Shown: piece by piece, positions 11,006 through 23,000 of the stretch
Layout: every line of letters starts with the position of its first letter
Position numbering within the stretch: position 1 is the stretch's first letter
Origin: Trichoplax adhaerens
Lineage: Eukaryota > Animalia > Placozoa
Length of the DNA stretch: 64,000 bases
Direction: 5' to 3'
Assembly: GCF_000150275.1 (NCBI RefSeq)
Contig: NW_002060943.1
Location: 8,707,070 to 8,771,069, forward strand
Notes under the pieces: model-generated
Databases searched by the model: none
Told to the model about the DNA's origin: nothing
What the model saw: the letters and a program-made list of their open reading frames with translations, nothing else
Made by a program: the position numbers and the translations under genes

Positions 11006-14000
11006 ATGTCCAAAGGGTAAGTAAATTATGATAGATTGATTAAGGTTAAACTGAAGGCATGATGGCGGTCTGTCGACTGCTGCCATGCAATAATAATAAT
11101 AAATAATTCCCACCAGAGTTTCAAACATCTTTTTTGCTTAAGCTATCATCGATTGACTAGTTTGAAACACACAGCATGATTGCAGTCTGTAGACTACGTA
11201 TTATAGATTATAATAAATAACTCCGTTGAAATAAGTAATATCTTTCATAGGCCAACCTCGATTGACTTCAATTATGCAGCATAGTTACATTCTTAAAAGG
11301 AGTAGAAGAAATGAGTCTAGCGAATGAGTATAATTATTTCTAGGCTATCAATCATATTATTTGTAATACAGCTAGAGATAGAGAATTTGCAGTTGATCAT
11401 ATAATCTTTGTCTATGCCAGAAGTCTATCGAGAAATTTTCGAATTTTTATATCTTTCATCTGCTATCATAGCATCTTTCATGGCCTGCCAAGTAGAAATG
11501 GACGCTTCAAGATATCAATGTCATATCTTAATCCAAGAATATCATTGCATGTACAGTACAGTAGTCCATTGCAAGCTTAAGACAATAAACAGACTACGCA
11601 GTACTAAGATTGGTGTGGACTACATCAGTACATATTCTTACTTGGGTTGGATCAAGTAGGATACTGATTCGAACTACATAATTCATTTCCTGTTGACTAT
11701 CTCATGTAAAGTATCTTTCATATCAAGTCTAGTGACATTTATAGTTTAGTAACTTTCGTAGTCTATCCACCAATGGATAATTGGCATGGATCATCAGTCA
11801 TAAAATGTATATTGACTATCTTATTCTGAATGCACGACAGCATTAATTGATCTTTAGTATACTCGTATCACTTTAAGTCTAGTGAATTTCATTCTACTGT
11901 ATCTTTCCAAGCCACGTAGGTTGCCACGTTAACTTGAAAAGCCTGCATGTAATCGCAGTCTTTTGCATTGTAATAAATTGGTAGGCTATCATATTATAGA
12001 TGGACTTGCTAATGCAATACGGTATCAGTAAACGTACTATCTTGAATTACTTGATTCGACGCACTATCATGAAATAGGCATCGTCAATAAGTATCGTGCT
12101 AAAAACTCGAATTAACAGACGAAATTATTGTGATCATAGGTATATGAGAATCACTGTTATGCATGGTATTTGTTTTCCATATATAACTTGCATATCTTTA
12201 CTTGCCAGCTACATTAAAGCTTATGATGTAAATATCCGAGGCCTTATATCTTACTGTATACTTCCTAATGTAATAAGGTTGCTAATATTAAATTACAAAT
12301 TTTTGTAGAAATTTCAGAACGCCAAAAAAAGCGAATGCGTATAAAGATCCGGTGAAGGTAGAAGCAAAATCTGTCTTAATATATTAATACCCAATAACTC
12401 AAGGCTCTTCATTATACTGACTATTCTGCTATTACTGCTGCAAAGTTACTACACATGTACTTGCTGTTGAGCCATGTAAAGTAGATATAAATCTGGCACT
12501 GCAATGGAATCATGTTGAACTTATTATTTCAGGTTTACTGCAGAATTCGACCTTTACCATTGGGGTCTACCGAATCGTGTATTTCATCTGTTAATGATAC
12601 TGAAGTTCGACTATCCCCTCCGCAGGTAAACACTAGCAGTAATTAATGATACGTAAATTCCTCATTAGAAGTATTGACCTGTAATAGGAAAATAAATATT
12701 TTTATCAGTGTCATTATGCGGTCTATTTCTATGGTTACTGGATAGCTTAGTTACCAATAATTGGAGTACTTGAAAATTTTAGTAAACCACAACTGCGAAT
12801 CGAAACATCATCCACTTTATACTATGTCTACTTTAGATTTTTAGGTGTTGCTAGATATACTAAATGTTTGTTGATTTATGTTCAACTAGGAAAGTCATGC
12901 CGCTCGAGTGAATAACTGTGATGAAGTAAGTATTAATTAGTAACGCTAACGATTTGGTAGCGTTCTTTACATGGTTAATATGGACTGATTAATTTTCTTC
13001 TTGATCCATCCAACAGACATCCCACCACTTCGAGCGTGTATTCAAGGAAGATGTTTCTCAGAAAGAATTGTTTGATACCTTTGCATTGCCTTTAGTCGAG
13101 GACGTTGTTCGCGGCAAGAATGGTTAGGATTAACATATATAGTCTTTATGATATAAGAAAGTAATCACAGTACCAAAATTCTTACAAAGGATTACCTCAT
13201 TTATTGACTAGGCCTATTATTTGCCTATGGAAATACCTGCTCTGGTAAAACCTATACAATGACCGGATCTTCGTCAGAAATCGGAGTATTACCTAGATGC
13301 CTAGATGTGCTTTTCAATACCATCAAACCTTATCAGGCTAAGAAATGCGTAAGTACAGTATGTAATTGAATGAAAATTCATCCTAAGATTGAGTTAGTTC
13401 ATATATTAATTTGCCTCATTAGATTTTCACACCGAATAAATTAAATTCGTTCGATATCCGAACGGAAGCTGAAGCGTCATTTGAAAGACAATACAAAGCT
13501 ACCAATCAAGCACAAGGCACACCTTCGCGATCAAAGTAAGGGAACTCAAAATTATGAATTGAGCTGTTATTATATTGATAAACTTTAGAATGGTAATGAA
13601 CTGTTATAAATTTTATAGAAGAAAAGTGGACTATTCAAAACGATACCATGAAGGCATGACAGTCCAGGGTGTAAGTTGGGTCCCTCCTTTAGTCAATAAC
13701 CACTTTAGATTTTTCTTCATATTAAGCACGTGATCATTGGTAATTTTTACGGACAATTGCAAATTAATGCCATTTAATAGATTGATGAAGACAATGCATA
13801 TACTGTATTTGTTTCCTTCGTGGAGATTTACAACAACTATATTTATGATCTCCTTGATGATAGCTCTTTCGAGATTGCCCGGTAAAACTCAATATTTACA
13901 CTTTGCAATAATACTGATGCTGTATAAACTTGCCTAAGGAAGAATTACATATAATAAAGTTATCCTACAATTGACTTACATTAGAACTCTAAGTTCTAAG

Positions 14001-17000
14001 GCGTTACGCGAAGACAGCACTCGTGGCATGTACATTAGTAATGTTACAGAAGTTGAAGTAGCCGATGCCGATGCGGCGTACGCCCAGCTCATCAAGGGTA
14101 TTCTATTATTACATGAGCATTGGAATAGAAATTTTTAATATTGAATATACAATAGTATTATTTTAAATTTCTCCTCCATTATTTTAGGACAACAGCGAAG
14201 ACGAGTTGCTTATACAAAATTAAACCATGAATCAAGTCGCAGCCACAGTATTTTCAATATTCGGCTAATTCAAGCACCGCTCGATGATGATGGAGAAACT
14301 GTTTTAAGAGTAAGTCTAGTCGTTCAATTAATTATTGTAACTATGAACTGTAATCATATTAACCAAATTTCATTTTTTAACTTAATTATCTACAGGACAG
14401 TAGCAGAATAGCAACTAGCCAGCTATCATTAGTAGATCTGGCAGGGTCTGAAAGAACAGCCAGAACGAACAACGAAGGAGTTAGATTAAAGGAAGCAGGT
14501 TAATTAATATTTGACCTTAAGATGATATTATCTTTAAATCCTAATTACGAATTTTTATTGGTAACACGCAGGGAATATTAATTCCTCCTTAATGGTTCTG
14601 AGAACTTGCATGGAGTGCCTACGCGATAACCAAGCAAATCAAGTCAAAAAGGTCTGTTAGCAATAGTAATTTACTACTGTGAGCAGATATCTAAATATCA
14701 TATTGCATCTAAGCAATTTTTATTCTGCTCTACTTGATTTTAGATTGTTCCGTATAGAGATTCTAAATTAACCTACCTGTTTAAGAGTTATTTCGAAGGG
14801 GAAGGAAAGGTTAGTTTAAGCAAATGATGTGCTGTATAAGATTCTTTAAAAAAATAGGATTTAATTAGAGTCGTATCCTATAGGTTCGTCTGGTTATATG
14901 CCTTAATCCTCAAGCCGCGGATTACGATGAAAATCTAGTAAGTTATTTTATTCTACTTGAAGAAGTTTTTAATTAATTAATTCAGAAACGTATACTTAAC
15001 TTGTGATAAAAGTAACATTGACAATCTCTATCGAAAGGCGATAAGAATAAATAACATTTGAATTGCTTGTGTCGTAGATTTTCGTTATGTTTAACTACAT
15101 GTATTTTTAGTATTGATGAATTTAATTGCAAAAATCTAAGAGATCATATTTTATATTTCTCTAGCATGTCATGAAATTTGCGTCCATAACGCAAGATGTA
15201 ACAGTTACAAGAGCTAAGGATATTAAGTTAGTGGATACTTTAATCATCTTAATGAACATAATTTTTACTTGCATTATACTAATTATTATACTAAATGCTG
15301 TGCAATTGTCGATTGCTATATACCGTATTGAAACAACCTTGTCCTCTGTTGTATCTAATACTCGACTACTGTATAATGATATTTATAGTATCAACCAAGG
15401 TCTGACGCCTGGACGTCGAAGAGGTAAACGAAAGTATACTGTTGAAAATTCTCATTTTTCTCATCATGTTAAAAGGCATATAATATTCCCCAATACTAAT
15501 TTTTTTAATGAAGTTTTCGTCTTTGTAATTGTAATAATTGCAATTTTTTCAGCCAATATTATTTATAAAGAGGTCGTAAAAAGTATGCGTTTCGAAGGTA
15601 ATAATTTCAGCTTATGTTTTATTGCGAATTTCTTTCAAATAATTAACGCTGATTTTGCAACATCAATGCAGACGATGGTGAACACTCCGAGACACCATTC
15701 AGTCTTGGTCGTCTATTTCCAAACTATTTGGTTCGTACCTAAGATCTGCTACTTACGAGTATATGCGACCATCCTTGATTACACACTAATCTATTTATGT
15801 TATCTTAGATGACTGCGCCAGATGATAAAGATATATTGCCAGCTCTCATGGAATTTTTAAGAGAACGTTCCGCTCACCGGGCTGCTTTGCAAATTGAGCT
15901 AAAACATAGAGGTAAATAGTCGATGTCACTAAAAAACAGTACCTTTATTATATGTTTATTAAAGTATACTGAATCATTTTAAAATTATTCTACGTAGAGG
16001 AGGCATTTAGGAAAGAATTAATGCGTTTCGATACGGAATATCTTTCCATGTCTAAGGCAAGCACAAGATCTTACAATAAAAGTTAAACGCTGTATTTCTA
16101 ACCTCCGAAATCATTTCTAATTACATGTATTTAATGAGAACATCACCTCACTCTTGTGCAAGCGAAAAATTTTTATTTTGACCATATTTCCTATATTAAT
16201 TAATTATTATAGAATTTAAATGAATGCAAAGCCGAAATCACTAGCAAAGACAGGTATATTAAGAGGGCTGTTGGCATTTTTCTGAGAGCTTTCAGTAGAT
16301 AGGTATTAACGTGCATATTCTTGATTCATCTTTAGAGAAGTACAATCATTGGAACGAAAATTAAAAAATTCGACAGAAAAGATGGCATTATTGCAACAAA
16401 ATCTGAATTCGCTTGAAACGGAAAATAAGACACTTGAACATCAGGTAAGAAAATTTTCAGAAATTTGCGCATTAGCCGAAAATTCTTGGAATACAGCCTA
16501 TTTCTGATTATATAATTATAATCTGTTTGCTCACTGAAGATTGATATAAATTTTACTAGATCGTAGCCGAACGGCGAGCTGCTGATGAAGAAAGACGAGA
16601 AAGAGGTCGACTTAAAGAAGTACGTTTACCAATTTTGTTTGATTGTCTTAATTTGGAATTGTATCGTAAGTGTCAAAGAGTTATAATAAATTATTAATAT
16701 CATTAATAAGGCGGTACGGGGAGCAGTCTTTCAAGAGAGAGAAAAGTGGGAGAAGGAATGCGTAAGCAACAAATGATTCTAGCGTAGTAACCACTTGTAC
16801 GTATTATAAACTTATTACTTTTATAATGAATAACGATTATCATTTCTCCATATAGGATAAACGTGTTAAAGCGACACAATTTAATATGAAGTCTAAATTA
16901 TGGGAAACAGATGAAAAATTACGACTTTTGAGAGAAATTGTCGAAGTAAATTATATGCGTCTTTCTAATATTAGTAAGCATAAAAAAGGTGTTAATGTGC

Positions 17001-18326
17001 ATTTCTCGGTTATGACATAATTTTCTAGAATACACCGACCAAAGCATCAAAACCTTCAGAAGGTATGGTCACAAGGCCTCGGGCTCATGAAAAACCTGAA
17101 GGTGCTGTTACAAGGTCTCGGGCTCAAGAACAAAGGATGTCTTCAGCTAAAAATATGTCAGATGTAACGAATATGAACCAAGAAACGCCAAAATCTTCCG
17201 TAAAATCTGTTAAGGTAATATCTTTAATGAATGTTGAATCAATTTTAGATTATATTCATCAGTAGTGTTATTAATATCTTTATGTAGGGCCGTGAAGTAA
17301 AGAAATACCTACGAAGATCGCAACCTTCGGATATTTGGCTAGAACATAAACCCGATGAAAATGTTGATGAAGGCATGTATTAGCTATATCTATATATACA
17401 GTACAGTATATATAATGCATAAATCATTTACCTAAGGTGTCGATTAACGTACAAATACTAAGATAGTATATTCCAAATAGATACTTTATTGCAGCTTAAT
17501 TTGAGAAAGAAGAAAACTGTAGAAACACCGAAAGTAAACGATTTCGCTAAAGCTCAGGTGCGATTTTTTTATTATATATACATTGCATAGCCAATAGCTC
17601 TACTTTAGATAACATCGATTTTTAACCAAAAGGCTAATCATTACGTTCTGGAGCATCAAGAGGAAGATTCACAAGGCGAAATTGAAACACAACTTATTAA
17701 AGGTGACGTTTTCGAAACTGAGACTGGTGGCCACAGCGTACATTTCACTGACGTTGAAGTGCTGCAAAAGAGAAAGTCTATTGAAATTAATGCGTGCGTA
17801 GTAATTAGGTTTTTTAATTTTGATATGCCGTCTATTACTGATATGGCTTAATACGTCAATGCAGTGATAATATTAATGTTTTTTGTGAATTATTAAATTT
17901 TTATTTGTTATTGGTAGGCGTAAAAGACGAAGCAGTGAAGGATCCGCTGATTGGACTGACGTTGAGACGAGGGTAAGACGTGCGATAGTTTAGCAAGTCT
18001 AGTCTGTAAGCTATTGGCAGCTAAATACTAGTAGTAAATAATTTGTAACTGAAAGCAGCTATCAAGAAAATAATGAACATCTATATTTACTTTATTTAGT
18101 GTTCTATAGCAATTGAAGGCAGGCCAAATATGAGTCCAGCAATTTCCCATAAGCCACTCAAGTACGTATATAACCAATTCGATATATTTAGCTAGATTTT
18201 AAATCAGCCCAAGAATTACTAAATTCTTTAAGAATTTTATAATCCATGCTTAGCCCTATATTAACAAGGATAACTTGATGGAAAAAATTTTCTTTGCATA
18301 TTCCTTTTAGAAAATCTAGGAAATAA
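11006..18326 (+). CDS. KIF23: Kinesin-6 family motor KIF23/MKLP1 (centralspindlin subunit), full-length paralog B, 33 coding exons
   Basis: ATG 11006 (MSKG|gtaagt), [33 protein letters not shown] (13229-13252), [48 protein letters not shown], coiled coil. The tail WLEHKP...[35 protein letters not shown] matches the MKLP1 Arf6-binding region, followed by WTDVETRCSIAIE. Probable last exon 18311-18326 (KKSRK*); an unspliced alternative stops at 18195. Confidence 0.95.
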
Positions 18327-18789
18327 TTACGGAAGGTCATCATGATAGAAAAATACTTCATATTTTTTGGCCAATAACGAATTATTATTTTTAATTGATT
18401 TACCTGTAATGTACTGTAGATCAGAGAATGTTTGTAGTGAATCGATGCAGAAATCATTCAACAAAATTAAATTGTAAAACGATATACTGTACGTGTAATT
18501 TATATATATATAGATATCGCTGTAATATAAAACACTTGTAATTCATAATAAAATCGTAATTAATATCATTATCAATAATAGATTAATTGTATTATTGAAT
18601 GTAGTCGAGTATTTACGGAGGTTTATTATTCTTAGTATTGTGGTAGTGTCCTTCGATCGACTATGATAAACTCCTTAGCACTGCAGTTGTGCTATCGTCA
18701 CTTAATGCTTGTATCCATGATGAGAGACTCTCAAGGTCTCTACTCTCTATCCATCATAGCTACATTGTGCATATAAAATGCCATTTTAC

Positions 18790-19691
18790 AAAACCTGGCA
18801 AATATAATTATGATTCTGGACCGCTAATAAAGTAAACAAGTATGAGTCCATGACCGATCAGAGCCAAAAAAAACAGCGTTTTAATGAAATCATCGCTAGA
18901 AAGCGCCTATAGTGCCAGGCTACCAAACCTGGCAAATATGATTTTGATTCTGTACCGCTACTATAGGAAACGAGTCCATGACCGATCAGAGCAAAAAAAA
19001 CAGAGGTTTAATTCAATCATCGCTAGAAAGCGCCTATAGTACCAGGCTGCCAATACTGTAATCCTTGATTCTACCCGATTCTACTATACTCATCAGCGCC
19101 AAAAACAGCGTTTTAATGAAATCATCGCTAGAAAGCGCCTATAGTATACCAGGCTACCAAACCTGGCAAATATGATTTTGATTCTGGACCGCTACTATAG
19201 TAAACAAGTATGAGTCCATGACCGATCAGAGCAAAAAACAGCGGTTTAATTCAATCATTGCTAGAAAGCGCCTATAGTACCAGGCTACCAATACTGTAAT
19301 CCTTGATTCTTCCCGATTCTACTATGCCCATCAGAGCCAAAAAACAACGTTTTAATGAAATCATCGCTAGAAAGCGCCTATAGAACCAGGCTACCAAACC
19401 TGGCAAATATGATTTTGATTCTGGACTGCTACTATAGTAAACAAGTATGAGTCCATGACCGATCAGAGCAAAAAAACAGAGGTTTAATTCAATCATCGCT
19501 AGAAAGCGCCTATAGTACCAGGCTACCAATACAGTACTGTAATCCTTGATTCTACTATACTCATCAGAGCCAAAAACAGTGTTTTAATGAAATCATCGCT
19601 AGAAAGCGCCTATAGAACCAGGCTACCAAACCTGGCAAATATGATTTTGATTCTGGACTGCTACCATAGTAAACAAGTCCATGGCCGATCT
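18790..19691. repeat. Compound minisatellite: alternating ~130-bp and ~105-bp subunits (~235-bp higher-order unit) sharing a ~38-bp core
   Basis: aaacctggcaaatat at about 18791, 18925, 19159, 19396 and 19628. The core aatcatcgctagaaagcgcctatagtaccaggctacca occurs in seven near-identical copies. Confidence 0.92.
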
Positions 19692-20058
19692 AGCGTAAGT
19701 AGACTTGTACAGTGTACAGTATGATTCACTGTTTCAATGGTTTTGCCATACCCGATCAGGGACTACAGTACACACACACAGTACAGTACTAAAAAGTATT
19801 TGAGCCACCGTAAGAAAGAGAGAAGAACGCTACCCCTGAAAGCGTACTAGGCTGTACCAAGACGTCGACGATAGTACAGTGTACACAAGAAGCTACAGTA
19901 CTATAGACACTTCGTACCGTACAACACATACTGTACACTGTGGAATGCGGTTGAAAGGTAATTCATTTCAAGCGCGGAGTAGACAAAGAGGAAATTAACA
20001 ACTTCTAGCAAAGGAAAGGCTGACTTTCCAAGTAGATTCCAATTTTAAAATTGCTACA

Positions 20059-23000
20059 ATGAGGTTAGTAATTCCCTAATTATATTCTAACGTAATTGAA
20101 TACGTAAGAAATGGAGTGATACTGATGTAGAAAATGATAATAATCTATAGGACATATGGAAATAAATAATAATTAACTAGTGTAGAATTGAGTATTACTA
20201 TTCAACATCACTGACTCCGTGTCAGTATTCTTGTTGGAGACTTTGAATTACTTCACCACTTAAACTGATACAGTAATCGCAAAGTATTCAAAGCATAAGA
20301 AGTGAATAAGCCACGATATGATTTAGAAGTGCAATTATAATAAACTTCAATGAAGGAAAGAGAAAAGTTAAAACAAGATACTGGCATGACTACTCTACGC
20401 GTACACACACATTAGTGTACTCATTGTACTCTACTGTAGCATTGCGTTATTCTCCTACAAGCTGATCTCTTCGGTAGTATCATACTGTATAGGCGATTAA
20501 ATTGATTCACGTCAACATTATACAATCAATATATCGCTTATGTACTTGTACCTAACTGGTAATAGCGATAATCTCAGTTCACTTTGATGGTATGGCAATT
20601 TTAAACACCAATGTATTTACATTCAGTAGGCCACTTCAACACCCAAGGCCTAATACACAAAATCAACCTCGAAGAGATGCTCGATTCTCGCCCTATCACA
20701 GGCCAGAGTAAGTACTAAATCGTTTCTATCAAGATAGAACTGGACCTGATCGCATAAAATCAAAAATAATTTATTGTAACCTACTGTGTAAATGGACTGC
20801 ATGAGGCAATACAATCATTATTCGCGACTAGAAATGTCACGATAGTAATTAGTAATCATTTTGTTGACATTCTACATTTACAAAATATTATGTTACTTGA
20901 ACTACGGTAGGTCTATAACTGACTAAGACCTTACTGTACAAATTACTTTCATTTCGCTGATGGATACGATAGTAATTTCTGTAGGTATCTATTGAAAAAT
21001 AATATAGTAAAATAGTGCTCTGTGAAGGTTTTGTCGTTAGCAGAAGTTACCGTGAAGATCTGAATGATTTGATTAATTAAACAGTTTATTTTGCAGCCAA
21101 AAATGACATTTTTGAAATTGTAATCATTTATAGCACTGGTCCTGTCCCTTACGAAATATTCGATTTTACAAAGGTGAGATATTATGATTCGTTGCAAATA
21201 TCGTCTGATTATGTAATAAGCGCCACGGTGCTTTACAAATTGTAGTCCTGTGGTCATAATGAATTATAAGTGTATAACATAGGCAAAAATTAGCACTTTG
21301 CCTAAGGATTTGTACAGTACCAGACATTTTATGCGAGTATTTCGATATTCGACTGTATTAAATGCTGAAAGTCTGATTACCAACTCTAGCGAAAAGGGAT
21401 GTAATAATTGTACAATGTACATAAGTCTAATCAATAAAAATGTAATGTGACCCACTAGTCTCCTAGTGGAAGTCCTGCACTTAGTTACTATGAACCAAAT
21501 TATATAACCACTACCAACGTACGAATATTGTGCCGTATAGTAATGTCGAAGAATTAATCTGAAAATTTTATCTGTGATAACACTGTCGTGAACTACCATA
21601 ATAATAGAATTATATATAAATGCATATTTTTATATTGTAGGCTGCAGATAGTTTCCCGAATGTCAACAATGGGGTTAATGACGAATTTTCAAAGGTTAGG
21701 ATCTAATCATGATCTTAAATTACATTATCCTTTGTTTTATTGATCATTGCAGTTCTTCGAGTACGTTAATTAATATCGAGGCAATAATAGAACTATATAG
21801 TTCTAATATATTGACATTTATTCGATCAATGTTGGGATTTGGTTGATTGCAATTATGTTCAATTTAGTTAATATTGAAAAGAAATCGAGAGCTTTCCCCT
21901 TCTGCGGAAGACCAAGTGAGTGACATACAGTATTACAGGTCACTATGAATTGTATACAATTATGTAATATGGTTATTAGATAAGCTATTTTCCGAGTTAT
22001 TTATTATTTTAATACATTCAGTATGTGCTACTATTATCGCAGATAATCTGTACAAAATTTAGATTTCGAAATTGTAGAGCTAATTCGCATATAAAATAGT
22101 GAATAACTCTACGGTCCTGTGTACTTGTACAGTTCATAACCCTTCATGTAGATTTTAGATGTAACAGCTCGTAGCTTGTGATACTGTTACAATTCAAACT
22201 TGTTTTATTATACTCGTACACAGCGACAATAATTTAAGTTGTATCAATCACGATACATTCGGTTGGTCTAGGATACTATGGATACGAGTATATTCCGTCA
22301 TGATATGATGCAAATGCTATATCGGCCCCTGTAGTATATAATAAACTTCAAGTAATTTGTCTATTCTGACTTCTATTTTGCTAGGCTGCTCTTGCAAGCT
22401 TATCTCGTCGTGTATCCTTTGCTCTAGATAATCTGTCTATAGCCTCATCACAAGAATTACCTGTAAGCAATAACTTCCTAACAATCCAAGCAAATATATA
22501 GTTTGTGCATAATAGCCGTAAATAAATTACCTATACTAAAATTTTAAATATTTTACAATTTTTGGAAATATTGCAAATTTCTTATAATCCACGAAAATCT
22601 AATTCTTTAGTTACTTGAAGATAAAAGAGTAGTTGGATCATATAAAAATGGAACGATAATCAAAGGTCATAACATTGTAGATATTGCCGTCATCTTTAAG
22701 GATCATCCAAATCGTAAGGCATATCAATAACGCTTTTCGTCTTATAGTATCCTTTAGTAATAGCTGAAACATATTTTACTACGGCTTTAGTTATAGATGT
22801 AGAACGTTTGGGTAAAAGAGTGGTAGAAATTTTAATTGAAAATGCTATTGATGAAAATGAAAGAGGTTAACTGATTCATAAGCTGATATTTCTATTTGCT
22901 TTCACAATTTGTATCTACTCGCTCTGCTGCTGTCTATAGCATAAAAAATTACTTATCTGGCTTTATCCTCTTTCTTTAGATGTAGAAATGGAGATGAATG

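Noticed and set aside
19272-19529. 85-aa minus-strand ORF
   Set aside because: It is a translation of the minisatellite; neighbouring units are frameshifted by variable A-runs.
19050-19600. Hammerhead ribozyme in the satellite (CTGATGAG on the minus strand of two short subunits)
   Set aside because: No stem II followed by GAAA and no stem I/III pairing could be built, and other subunits read CTGATCG or CTGATGG.
18790-19691. CRISPR-like look: a ~38-bp partly palindromic core repeated seven times with spacers
   Set aside because: The spacers are not unique (two alternating, mutually related types) and are too long. There are no cas genes and the context is a spliceosomal-intron eukaryotic genome. 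It is a minisatellite.
20949-21599. Two minus-strand ORFs (102 and 111 aa) inside ILF2
   Set aside because: They are antisense to ILF2 introns and exon 3, compositionally random, and have no motif.
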